Counted from the stretch's first letter, positions 19,630 through 28,564 are shown. The stretch: 64,000 nt of DNA from Candidatus Spongiisociaceae bacterium (GCA_965262915.1 OZ253564.1:3488001-3552000), one strand, 5' to 3'. Notes: generated from the letters alone by a model not told the origin. Program-made: numbers and translations.

Positions 19630-21279
19630 TCAGATGACCATTTCGAGGCGGCGGTCCCGCTCGCGGTCCTTGGCAACACGCTCCGCCGGGTCTCCCCAGC
19701 CGCCTCCGCCGCCGGTCTTGACCAGGAGCTTCGTTCCGGCCTCCACCTTGAGATTGTTGGCCTTCAGCATGTGGATTCCCGGCTGCCCGGGGCGGTAGAC
19801 CCACACCTCGGGCGGCTTCCCGTCGTTGCCTCCGAACAGACCCCACGAAGGTTGGTTGGCCCGCTCGAACCACAATTGGACCGTGACCGGCGCCAGAATC
19901 TCGTACTCCCTGATGATTCCCAGCCCGCCTCGCCACTTGCCGTCTCCGGCTGACCCGTCGCGCAGGCTGTGGCGGCGCATGATCAGCGGGTAGCGGTGTT
20001 CCATGGTCTCGATGGGGAAGTTCTTGAAGTCGCCGGCGGCGGAGTGGATCAGGGCGGACTCGCCGTCTCCCCCTTCGTAGGCGCCCCATCCTCCTGTCAA
20101 GGCCTCCCCTGACAGAAAGAGACCGTACTCGTCCTCTCCCACGATTATGACGTTCCACGAGTCGCCCACGTGTCCGGCGGCGGCCCTCTCGGGGATCGCC
20201 GGGCTCAGAGCCTTGATCATGAGGTCGAGGGCCAGCATCAGGTGGGGCCCGTAGTGGAGGCACGGCGCGGTCGCCTTCGGGTTGAAGCACGTGCCCTTGG
20301 GGGCTATCACCTCGAGGTTGCGGAAGTTGCCTCCCGACACCGGAGCGTGAGGGTTTACCAGGAACTTGAAACCCTGCTCGATACCGGAGCGGGTCTGGAC
20401 CACACCGCTGTTGACGCTGCCCACGCACTGGCGGTTGGACCCCGTGAGGTCGACAGTCATGCTGTCGCCCGACACGGTGACCGTCACCTTGACGTAGACA
20501 GGGTCCTCGGTGACGCCGTCGTTGTCGAGGTAGCCATCAGCCACGTAGACACCGTCCGGAATCTCCTCGACCGAGGCGCGATCCTCGGCCTCGGCCTGAT
20601 CGAACACCAGTTGGATGGACTTCTGTACCTGGTCCCAACCGAAACGGCGCACGATCGAGCGGAACCTCTCGACTCCGGTCCGGCAGGCACTGATCTCGGC
20701 CATCAGGTCACCCACCAGCGCGGTCGGGAACCGGGAATTGAGCGCGATCAGATCCACGATCTGCTGGTCGAGGCGGCCGGCCCTGAAAATGCACGTTGGT
20801 CCGATTCGCAGACCCTCCTGGAAGATGTCCACCGTGTCACCGACGTAGCCTGCTTCCTTGGCGCCGATATCGTTCCAGTGCGCCTTGGCAGCCGAGAATC
20901 CTCTCAATACACCGTCGACGAAGATCGGGGCGAACACGGTCACGTCGTTGAGGTGGCTACCGGCGATGCTCGAGTCGTTGACTATCCAGATATCCCCTTC
21001 CCGGAAAGCCTCGTATCCCTTGATCTTGATGACGGCTCGAAGGGTTCCGCCCAAGCTACCCAGGAAGAAGGGGAGGCCGGGAGCTTGGCCGAGCAGGCGG
21101 CCGCCCGCGTCGAAAATCCCCACCGAGCAGTCCTTCATCTCGTAGATGACCGGGCTGTGAGCGCTCCGGTACAGGTTCCTCCGCATCTGCTCGGCCCCGG
21201 ATATGAACGCGTTCCGCACCACCTCGACCGTGGCCGGCGACGGCATGGAAGATTCAGCAACTCGCGTAGCGGCGCTCAT
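19630..21279 (-). CDS. Hydantoinase B/oxoprolinase family subunit, paralog 2
   Basis: Same motifs as paralog 1; ATGA-coupled to hydantoinase A. Confidence 0.92.
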   Translation of the reverse strand: MSAATRVAESSMPSPATVEVVRNAFISGAEQMRRNLYRSAHSPVIYEMKDCSVGIFDAGGRLLGQAPGLPFFLGSLGGTLRAVIKIKGYEAFREGDIWIVNDSSIAGSHLNDVTVFAPIFVDGVLRGFSAAKAHWNDIGAKEAGYVGDTVDIFQEGLRIGPTCIFRAGRLDQQIVDLIALNSRFPTALVGDLMAEISACRTGVERFRSIVRRFGWDQVQKSIQLVFDQAEAEDRASVEEIPDGVYVADGYLDNDGVTEDPVYVKVTVTVSGDSMTVDLTGSNRQCVGSVNSGVVQTRSGIEQGFKFLVNPHAPVSGGNFRNLEVIAPKGTCFNPKATAPCLHYGPHLMLALDLMIKALSPAIPERAAAGHVGDSWNVIIVGEDEYGLFLSGEALTGGWGAYEGGDGESALIHSAAGDFKNFPIETMEHRYPLIMRRHSLRDGSAGDGKWRGGLGIIREYEILAPVTVQLWFERANQPSWGLFGGNDGKPPEVWVYRPGQPGIHMLKANNLKVEAGTKLLVKTGGGGGWGDPAERVAKDRERDRRLEMVI

Positions 21280-23282
21280 GATCCCGACCCCGTCCTTTCC
21301 ATAACCAGGTGATCTTGGGGACCCACCCATAGCTCCCAGCCAGGAGGTACGACCGTGGTGGCCGACGGCTCCATGACGATCGCCGGCCCCACCAGGCGGC
21401 CGGCCAGCTGGTTCCGGGTCACGACCGGAACCTCGATAGCACGACCATCGAAAATAACTTCCTCACGAACCTCTACCGCCTCGCCGTTTCCGCCCGCTCT
21501 ACTCCCTCCCGGACCGCGTTCGAACTCGAGTATCCCCGTGAGGCGGATCGCCACCATCTCGATCGGCGCTTCGGGATTGCAGTGCCCGTACCGTTCCTCG
21601 TATCGGCTGTGGAAGCTCGCCTTGAACTCATCCTCGGCGGCCGTACCCGGCAGCGGGACGGGCAGCGAGTACTCCTGGCCGACGTAGCGGAGCTCGATGA
21701 CGGTCTCGAACCGCATCTGGGCCCTGGTCTCGTCGTCGACCTTCATCTCCCGGCACACCCTGTCCTTCAGCCGGGTGATCGGCTCGTGAAGGTCCAGGAT
21801 GGGCTGGTCGAGCCTCCGGTAGAAAGTGGACACGGCGGCGTGCCGGACATCCCCTTGCAACATGCCCCACGCCGAGAAAACACCGGGATCCCAGGGGATG
21901 ATCACCCGCTCCACCTCGAGTTCCTCGGCCAGGAACGCGGCGTGCAACGGGCCGGCCCCACCGAAGGCAACGATCGCGAAGTCCCGTGGATGCAGGCCCC
22001 GTTCCACCGTGAGTTCCCGAATCGCCTCGGCCATCACGAAGTGCGTGACATCGAGGGCTTGTTCGGCCAATTCGACCGCCGTCAGATCGAAGAACTCCGC
22101 GACCGCCTCCAACGCGTCCTCAGCCGCTTGGCGGTCCAGCGTGAGCGCGCCCGCCAGCTTCTGGGCTTTCGGTAGGCGTCCCAGAACGACATTGGCGTCG
22201 GAAACCGTCGGTTGCGTGCCACCCCGCCCGTAGCTGGCCGGTCCGGGCGCCGAGCCGGCCGACTCGGGTCCGACGCGAAGACCGCCGTGCCTCTCGTGGA
22301 TGATGCTGCCGCCGCCGGCACCGATGCTCACCAGCTCCACCGCCGGCGCCAATATCGGAAGACCCTGGAGTTCGAACTCGGACTGCATCCCGACCTGACC
22401 CCCACGCACGATCGAGACATCGAAAGAGGTGCCCCCCATGTCGATGCAGATCAGATCCGGTTGGTCCATCTGACGGCCGACCTCCCGGCCGCCTATCACT
22501 CCCCCGACCGGACCGGAATACAAGGTCAAGACCGCTCGGTCGGCGGCCGAGTCGGCTATCATCGCTCCGCCGTTGGACTGGGTGATGTGCAACTCGGCCG
22601 TCAGGCCCCTGTCCGTGAGCGCAGTCGCGAGCCGCCGGAGGTAGCTCCGCACCCGAGGAGTGATATAGACCGAGGTCACTGTGGTGGAGGTCCGCTCGTA
22701 CTCCCGCCACTCCGGGGCCACATCGTGGCTCATGATGATCGGAATATCCGGAAGCAGATCCTTCAGCAACTCCTTCACCTCAAGCTCATGAAGTGGGTCC
22801 ACATACGAATGGATCAGCGACACCGCAACCGCTTCGTACTCGCCTTCGACGATGGCCTTGGCGGCCACCTCGACCGAGTTGGTATCCAACGGAGTGAGAA
22901 CCTCGCCGGAGGCAGAGATCCGCTCGTCTACCTCGAATATGGAATCCCGCTCGGTGAGGGGGGCGGGTTTGCGATACTTCAGGTCGTACATCTCGGGACG
23001 GTGCCCACGACCGATCAGGTAGGCGTCCCGATACCCCCGGGTTGTGACGAGGGCCACGCGCCCTCCAGACCGTTCCAAAAAGGTGTTGAGCCCTACGGTC
23101 GTTCCGTGAATGAAAAGGTCCACATCGGCTAGGTCGGCACCCGCCTGCTCGACCGCGTTCAGTACACCTTCGACCAGATCTTCAGGAGTGCTCAGAACCT
23201 TGGAGACCTCGGTTCCGGACTCCGACTCCACCACCAGATCCGTGAAGGTGCCACCGATGTCAACCGCAATCCTTGTTCCCAT
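21276..23282 (-). CDS. Hydantoinase A/oxoprolinase family ATP-binding subunit
   Basis: DIGGTFTD, HGTT, EWREYER, SGP, DMGGTS, GAGGGS and AFGGAG motifs. Confidence 0.93.
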   Translation of the reverse strand: MGTRIAVDIGGTFTDLVVESESGTEVSKVLSTPEDLVEGVLNAVEQAGADLADVDLFIHGTTVGLNTFLERSGGRVALVTTRGYRDAYLIGRGHRPEMYDLKYRKPAPLTERDSIFEVDERISASGEVLTPLDTNSVEVAAKAIVEGEYEAVAVSLIHSYVDPLHELEVKELLKDLLPDIPIIMSHDVAPEWREYERTSTTVTSVYITPRVRSYLRRLATALTDRGLTAELHITQSNGGAMIADSAADRAVLTLYSGPVGGVIGGREVGRQMDQPDLICIDMGGTSFDVSIVRGGQVGMQSEFELQGLPILAPAVELVSIGAGGGSIIHERHGGLRVGPESAGSAPGPASYGRGGTQPTVSDANVVLGRLPKAQKLAGALTLDRQAAEDALEAVAEFFDLTAVELAEQALDVTHFVMAEAIRELTVERGLHPRDFAIVAFGGAGPLHAAFLAEELEVERVIIPWDPGVFSAWGMLQGDVRHAAVSTFYRRLDQPILDLHEPITRLKDRVCREMKVDDETRAQMRFETVIELRYVGQEYSLPVPLPGTAAEDEFKASFHSRYEERYGHCNPEAPIEMVAIRLTGILEFERGPGGSRAGGNGEAVEVREEVIFDGRAIEVPVVTRNQLAGRLVGPAIVMEPSATTVVPPGWELWVGPQDHLVMERTGSGS

Positions 23283-23328
23283 TACGTTCTGTTCCCTTCA
23301 TCTGTATGGCGCGACCGCCAGAATACCA

Positions 23329-23384
23329 GTTGCCTCTTGGCCGTGGCCGGGTGCCGGTTGGCAGTTACCGGTTCTCGGGTGACG
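23329..23384. repeat. Degenerate heptamer array, G(T/G)TGCCG-like, about 8 units
   Basis: gttgcct cttggcc gtggccg ggtgccg gttggca gttaccg gttctcg ggtgacg. Confidence 0.6.
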
Positions 23385-23449
23385 GCAGTAGGCGACCCGG
23401 TGCCCGCGTGCAGTGGTCCTGTGGCGACTTGGAGGTTGCCGGTTTGCTG

Positions 23450-23632
23450 TCAGGTCCGTGTGACGATGGCCACGACAATTGCGAACGCGGCGATCACTAC
23501 CCCGAGACCGGTGAGTGCGGTGGCGATGAGCCAACGGGAGGACCTGAGGATTTCCTGCTGGGTAACAGCGTGGGCGCGGGCGAAGGCTACTTCGGCCTTG
23601 GCGTCGACATAGCGTTCCGTAGCAACCGCCAT
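23450..23632 (-). CDS. Small protein (60 aa), helix plus C-terminal TM segment
   Basis: GGGAG RBS; clearly alignable with the ORF at 52252-52425. Confidence 0.75.
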   Translation of the reverse strand: MAVATERYVDAKAEVAFARAHAVTQQEILRSSRWLIATALTGLGVVIAAFAIVVAIVTRT

Positions 23633-23650
23633 CGCTATCTCCCGTTTCCC

Positions 23651-23713
23651 TAGGTACTGTCCAATAAGGCTACTAAAACGCTGCTTACGTTGTAAGAGTG
23701 TGGACAGTACCTA
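23651..23713. mobile_element. Putative MITE: 59 bp plus flanking TA
   Basis: Perfect inverted repeat TAGGTACTGTCCA ... TGGACAGTACCTA around a 37-bp AT-richer core. Confidence 0.6.
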
Positions 23714-23716
23714 CCA

Positions 23717-23740
23717 CTGACACCTGACACCTGGCACCTG
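23717..23740. repeat. Short heptamer array CTGACAC CTGACAC CTGGCAC
   Basis: Same position relative to DUF885 copy 2 as the array at 15141 is to copy 1. Confidence 0.85.
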
Positions 23741-23744
23741 GCCG

Positions 23745-25379
23745 TCAGCCAGCCTGGTCGATGGCCTGGATATCGCTCGGGTCGTCCAGCATCTCCCAGC
23801 GCAGCAGGGAGTGAGGTACGTTGCCGTTGGCCCAGAGGTAGTCGTGGAACCAGCGAAGGCTGAACTCACCGCCCAGCATGCGCCTTGCGTCACCCAGAAG
23901 ACGGATTACCTCCAGCTTGCCGACCATGTAGCTCATGGCCAGGCCGGGACCGGCCAGGTACATCGAAGTCTCCTCCAGGGCGGTCTGGTAGTCGATGGGG
24001 ATCAGGTCCATGAACGTCCTCATGCCTTCTTCCAGCGTCATGGCACCCGTCGCGAGGCTCACATCCACCACCGAGCGGAGGCTCCGTAGGCGCTTGAAGT
24101 TCTGGATCACCAGCCGCGACCACGGAGCATCGTCGAACAATCCGGCCTGGAGCATGAGCGACTCGTTGTAATGGGCGAGGCCTTCATTGGCGGTCGAGTC
24201 GTAGTACCGGCGCCGGATAGGGTTCGAATGCGCCCATGAGAGGGCCAGCTGCTTGTAATGAGCCCCTTCGTGGATAATCCCGAGACGGGGATCGTGAGCG
24301 ATCACGACGAAGAAGTACGGAAGAGGACCGGCCGGATCCCACACATAGGCGAGCGCGTCCTCGTCCAGCCGTCGATCCGAGGTCAGATCGTTGGCACAAC
24401 CCAACCAGGTGAGGGGCTGGACGTAGGGAGGCAACGGCGCCATGTGGTACCGGCGAAGCGAGTCCGGCTGGGTCAGTAGGTTCTGGTCCTCGTAGAACTC
24501 CCGGACCTCCAATTCCGAACGTATCTCGTGGGCAACCTGCGCTTCCGCCGACTCGAAGGCGGGCGGCCTCGCATGCTCCGAGCCTCGGTTCCTCTCGACC
24601 TCCTCCCAGGCATAGTTCCGGTAGATCTCCCGGTTGGCGAGAAGGATGATCTCCTCCGGGGACAGGGCGAGCAGGGCCACGTTTCGCAGGAACCACAGGA
24701 ACTTCTTCCGGCCGACCGGCTCATGTTCGGGCATCTCGTCTTGGCGGGCACGCAGCCACTCCCGGAAACCGACTACCTCTCTCGTAGCTTCTGCGCCCGC
24801 CTCCGCGAGGGGCCCCCGGCGACCTTTGTCGAAGAGGGGACTCAGCTCGCTCATGGACCGGGGTAAGGCTTCGTCGATGTCTCCCAGCAACCGCACCGCG
24901 GTGCCCGCGAGAGCCGACGTGCCGGCGCGGGCGAGGTTCTCCCTTGCCACCTCGAGTTGCGGACCTACCTGGTGAAGCTGGTAGATCACTCCGTCCTGCC
25001 GGTCCGTGTCGAACGGCGCCGCCGGAACCATCAGGTCGTAGACCGGCCCCAGAGCCTGATGCACCTGCATCACCGCGTCCCGCTCCCAGTTGCGCAGGAT
25101 GGCCACCTCCCACTCAACCCGGGATATAGCCGAGCCGACCAGCCGGTAATCGACCTGGTTCGGAACCGAATCGTCCTTTACGTCGATGGCCTCCCACCGC
25201 CGCCTGAACTCCGTGGCACGGTCGAGACGGCGCCGGGCCGAATTCCGATCGAACTCGGGGACCCAATCCGGAGGATGCTCCACTCTGGGAACATCGTCCG
25301 GACTCCGGTAGGAACTGGGAATGCGCCACTCCCAGAACTCCCGGCCCAGGTCCTGTACTTCCCGGTTCAGGTTATCCAT
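23745..25379 (-). CDS. DUF885-like putative metallopeptidase, paralog 2
   Basis: HEGAH and NEGLAHYNE motifs; colinear with paralog 1. Confidence 0.8.
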   Translation of the reverse strand: MDNLNREVQDLGREFWEWRIPSSYRSPDDVPRVEHPPDWVPEFDRNSARRRLDRATEFRRRWEAIDVKDDSVPNQVDYRLVGSAISRVEWEVAILRNWERDAVMQVHQALGPVYDLMVPAAPFDTDRQDGVIYQLHQVGPQLEVARENLARAGTSALAGTAVRLLGDIDEALPRSMSELSPLFDKGRRGPLAEAGAEATREVVGFREWLRARQDEMPEHEPVGRKKFLWFLRNVALLALSPEEIILLANREIYRNYAWEEVERNRGSEHARPPAFESAEAQVAHEIRSELEVREFYEDQNLLTQPDSLRRYHMAPLPPYVQPLTWLGCANDLTSDRRLDEDALAYVWDPAGPLPYFFVVIAHDPRLGIIHEGAHYKQLALSWAHSNPIRRRYYDSTANEGLAHYNESLMLQAGLFDDAPWSRLVIQNFKRLRSLRSVVDVSLATGAMTLEEGMRTFMDLIPIDYQTALEETSMYLAGPGLAMSYMVGKLEVIRLLGDARRMLGGEFSLRWFHDYLWANGNVPHSLLRWEMLDDPSDIQAIDQAG

Positions 25380-25396
25380 GCCGAGTCCTCCCACTC

Positions 25397-25504
25397 ATTG
25401 GACCAAGGATTGATGACGCCGATACCGCATCCCTCGAAACGGCCGGCATCGCTCGTGGCTACCCGAGCGCCCACCGAACGTTCAGAAGCAGCTATCTGAC
25501 AGTC
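25397..25504 (-). pseudogene. 3' remnant of vapC
   Basis: Translates as DCQIAASERSVGARVATSDAGRFEGCGIGVINPWSN versus DCQIAAIARSVGASVATRDTGGFEGCGIGVVNPWSD in the intact toxin. Confidence 0.9.
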
Positions 25505-27152
25505 AGATGACCATCTCGAGGCGACGGTCTCGCTCGAGGTCCGCGGCTGAACGCTCCGCCGGATCTCCCCAGCCGCCTCCGCCGCCGGTCTTGACCAGAA
25601 TCCTGGTTCCGGCCTCGACCTTGAGGTTGTTGGCCTTCAGTATGTGGACCCCCGGCTTCCCGGGGCGGTAGACCCACACCTCCGGCGGCTTTCCGTCGCC
25701 GCCTCCGAAGAGACCCCACGACGGCTGGGTAGCCCGTTCGAACCACAGCTGGACCGTGACCGGTGCCAGGATCTCGTACTCTCTGATGATTCCCAGGCCA
25801 CCGCGCCATTTCCCGTCTCCGCCGGATCCATCCCGCAGGCTGTGCCGGCGCATGATCAGCGGGTAGCGGTGCTCCATCGTTTCGATGGGGAAGTTCTTGA
25901 AGTCGCCCGCGGAGGAGTGGATCAGGGCCGATTCGCCGTCTCCTCCCTCGTAGCCGCCCCAGCCGCCGGTCAAGGATTCCCCCGACAGGAAGAGGCCATA
26001 CTCGTTCTCTCCCACGAGAATGACGTTCCATGAATCCCCCACAACTCCGGCGGCGGCTCTCTCGGGGATGACGGGGCTCAGAGCCTTGATGATGAGTTCC
26101 ATGGCCAGCGACAGGTGAGGTCCGTAGTGCAGGCAGGGGGCGGTTTCGCTCGGGTTGAAACACGTGCCTTCCGGGGCTATCACCTCGAGGTTCCGGAAGT
26201 TCCCGCCTGATACCGGTGCGTGAGGGTTGACGAGAAACTTGAAAGCCTGCTCCATAGCGGAACGGGTCTGGACCACCCCGCTGTTGATGCTGCCCACGCA
26301 CTGCGGGTTGGACCCCGAGAGGTCCACCGTCATGTTGTCACCCGCCACGGTGACCGTCACCTTGATGTAGACAGGTTCCTCGGTGACGGGGTCGCCGTCG
26401 AGATAACCGTCCGCCACGTAGACCCCGTCGGGGATCTCCGAGACCGAAGCGCGATCCTCGGCCTCGGCCTGATCGAACACCAGTTGGATCGACTTCTGTA
26501 GCTGGTCCCAATCGAAGCGTCTCACTATCGAGCGGAATCGCTCCACCCCGGTCCGGCAGGCACTTATCTCGGCCATCAGATCACCTACCAGCGCGGTCGG
26601 AAACCGGGAGTTCAGAGCGATCAGGTCCACGATCTGCTGATCGAGCCGGCCATCCCGGAAGATGCAGATGGGCGGGATCCGCAACCCTTCCTGGAAGATG
26701 TCCACCGTGTCGGTGACGAAACCGGCCTCCTTGGCGCCGATGTCGTTCCAATGGGCCTTCGCCGCCGTGAAGCCCCTCAGCGTGCCCTCGACGAAAACCG
26801 GGGCGAACACCGTCACGTCGTTGAGATGGCTCCCGCAGATGACCGAGTCGTTGACTATCCAGACATCCCCCGACCGGAAAACCTCGTACCCCTTGAGCTT
26901 GATCACCTCTCGAAGAGTGCCGCCCAGGCTGCCTAGGAAGAAGGGGAGACCGGGAGCCTGGCCGAGAAGGCGGCCCTGCACGTCGTATATGCCTACCGAG
27001 CAGTCCTTCATCTCATAGATGACCGGGCTGTGAGCGCTCCGGTACAGGTTCCGCCGCATCTGCTCGGCCCCTGAGATGAACGCGTTCCGCACCACCTCGA
27101 CCGTCGCCGGTGACGGTGTGGCTGCTTCACCGACTCGAGTGGCGGCGCTCAT
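25503..27152 (-). CDS. Hydantoinase B/oxoprolinase family subunit, paralog 3
   Basis: Same motifs; colinear with paralogs 1 and 2. Confidence 0.92.
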   Translation of the reverse strand: MSAATRVGEAATPSPATVEVVRNAFISGAEQMRRNLYRSAHSPVIYEMKDCSVGIYDVQGRLLGQAPGLPFFLGSLGGTLREVIKLKGYEVFRSGDVWIVNDSVICGSHLNDVTVFAPVFVEGTLRGFTAAKAHWNDIGAKEAGFVTDTVDIFQEGLRIPPICIFRDGRLDQQIVDLIALNSRFPTALVGDLMAEISACRTGVERFRSIVRRFDWDQLQKSIQLVFDQAEAEDRASVSEIPDGVYVADGYLDGDPVTEEPVYIKVTVTVAGDNMTVDLSGSNPQCVGSINSGVVQTRSAMEQAFKFLVNPHAPVSGGNFRNLEVIAPEGTCFNPSETAPCLHYGPHLSLAMELIIKALSPVIPERAAAGVVGDSWNVILVGENEYGLFLSGESLTGGWGGYEGGDGESALIHSSAGDFKNFPIETMEHRYPLIMRRHSLRDGSGGDGKWRGGLGIIREYEILAPVTVQLWFERATQPSWGLFGGGDGKPPEVWVYRPGKPGVHILKANNLKVEAGTRILVKTGGGGGWGDPAERSAADLERDRRLEMVI

Positions 27153-27199
27153 GATCCGGACCCTCCCGTCTTCTCCATAACCAGTTGATCTTCTGGAAC
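27149..27199 (-). pseudogene. C-terminal stub of a third hydantoinase A copy
   Basis: VPEDQLVMEKTGGSGS* versus VGPQDHLVMERTGSGS*; the ATGA overlap with hyuB is retained. Confidence 0.8.
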
Positions 27200-27213
27200 C
27201 GGATAGTGGTGGG

Positions 27214-27432
27214 TTACTCGGCCGCCGAGAGAGCCTCGGAAGGCGCCAAGGCTTCGAGACGCCCCTTCATCTCACCTACTGTCTTCACGAGATCGAACAC
27301 TACCGCGGTGAGCTGGTCGAGCCGGTCTTCGATCCGTTTGAGGTCGGCACCGCGCCGACGATCCAGGTAGATCATGACGGTCATCATCACGGCCATAATG
27401 CCGCCGAGCGCGCTGAGGGTCGCTACATCCAT
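27214..27432 (-). CDS. Small protein (72 aa), N-terminal TM segment plus coiled coil
   Basis: Strong GGAGAGGA RBS; hydrophobic N-terminus then heptad LKRIEDRLDQL..MKGRLE. Confidence 0.7.
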   Translation of the reverse strand: MDVATLSALGGIMAVMMTVMIYLDRRRGADLKRIEDRLDQLTAVVFDLVKTVGEMKGRLEALAPSEALSAAE

Positions 27433-27616
27433 AGTTCCTCTCCTTCAGCGTAGCGGAGACACTGCGGGTGGCTCAACCTCTATACTCGGTCTTTTACCAC
27501 ACCATACAGCGGTCAGGAACGTTATACATCCAAACCGGCAGGATATCAATACCCGCGTCAGGCCGACCGGACCGGAAATCCGAGAAGGCGACGACCGTCG
27601 GGGGACACTCCGGCGC

Positions 27617-28564
27617 CTAAACGGCCTTCCAGCAGCGGACCATCCTCTGGCCGACACGGTCGGGAACCAAATCCTGTTCCGCCGAGCAGGCAGACTCGGC
27701 CAAGGGGCACCGAGGCATCAGCCGGCAACCCGAGGCCGGGTCGGTCTCGCTCTTGGGACCCAGCGCGAAATCGTCGGTCGCGAACCTGCTGGCCGCGATA
27801 AGAGCCTGCGTGTAGGGATGGGCGGGTGACTCGAAGACCTGTTCGACGGTGCCTCGTTCGACAATCTGGCCGAGGTACATGACCACGATCTCGTGGGCGC
27901 AGACCCGCACCGCCTCCAGGTCGTGGGAGATGAATACGAATGCGACGTCGAATTCCTCTTGGAGATGTTGCAGGAGGGACAGGATCTCTCCGCGTACGCT
28001 CAGGTCCAGCGACGAGGTCGGCTCGTCGAGCACCACTAGGTCCGGGTCGGGGGCCAAGGCCCGGGCAATGGCGGCTCTCTGCAGCTGCCCGCCGCTGAGC
28101 GCCGCCGGTTTCCGATCCCAGAGTTCCTCACCGAGGCTGACGGACGTCATCACATGCCGCAGGCGTTCATCCTGCTGCGCTCTCGACATATCCGTCCTGA
28201 GGCGGCGCAGAGGCTGGGCCACGGAACTGCGAACGGTCCGGGTCGGATCGAACGATGCCTGCGGCATCTGGAAGACCATCTGGATGAGACGCCGGTGGGG
28301 GCGCATCTGCCGAGCCTTGAGGCCGCCGAGTTGGACCCCTTCGAGAAGCACCTCCCCGGCAGTGGGGGGCGTCAGCCCCAGCAGGCACCGTGCAACGGTC
28401 GACTTGCCCGAGCCGCTCTCCCCGACGATTCCGAGTGTGCGCCCCCGCTCGACCACAAACGATACGTCCTGCGCGGCCCGCACCATCTCCACGCGACCGA
28501 TGGAACGCCGGACCCGGTAGGTCTTGGCAAGGTTCCGTACCTCTAGGATCGGGCTGTCAACCAT
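27617..28564 (-). CDS. Oligopeptide/dipeptide ABC transporter ATP-binding protein
   Basis: GESGSGKS, LSGGQ, LDEPT and HPYT motifs, C-terminal Cys motif. Confidence 0.93.
   Translation of the reverse strand: MVDSPILEVRNLAKTYRVRRSIGRVEMVRAAQDVSFVVERGRTLGIVGESGSGKSTVARCLLGLTPPTAGEVLLEGVQLGGLKARQMRPHRRLIQMVFQMPQASFDPTRTVRSSVAQPLRRLRTDMSRAQQDERLRHVMTSVSLGEELWDRKPAALSGGQLQRAAIARALAPDPDLVVLDEPTSSLDLSVRGEILSLLQHLQEEFDVAFVFISHDLEAVRVCAHEIVVMYLGQIVERGTVEQVFESPAHPYTQALIAASRFATDDFALGPKSETDPASGCRLMPRCPLAESACSAEQDLVPDRVGQRMVRCWKAV

Noticed and set aside
18209-19798. Long antisense or alternate-frame ORFs (e.g. 18209-19798, 56473-58101, 8735-10012, 10128-11441)
   Set aside because: Shadow ORFs expected in high-GC DNA opposite genes with clear family motifs.
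17669-27152. Diversity-generating retroelement or pure assembly artefact explaining the repeated hyuB genes
   Set aside because: No reverse transcriptase is present; differences are spread throughout, look largely synonymous and not adenine-specific, and each copy has distinct flanks.
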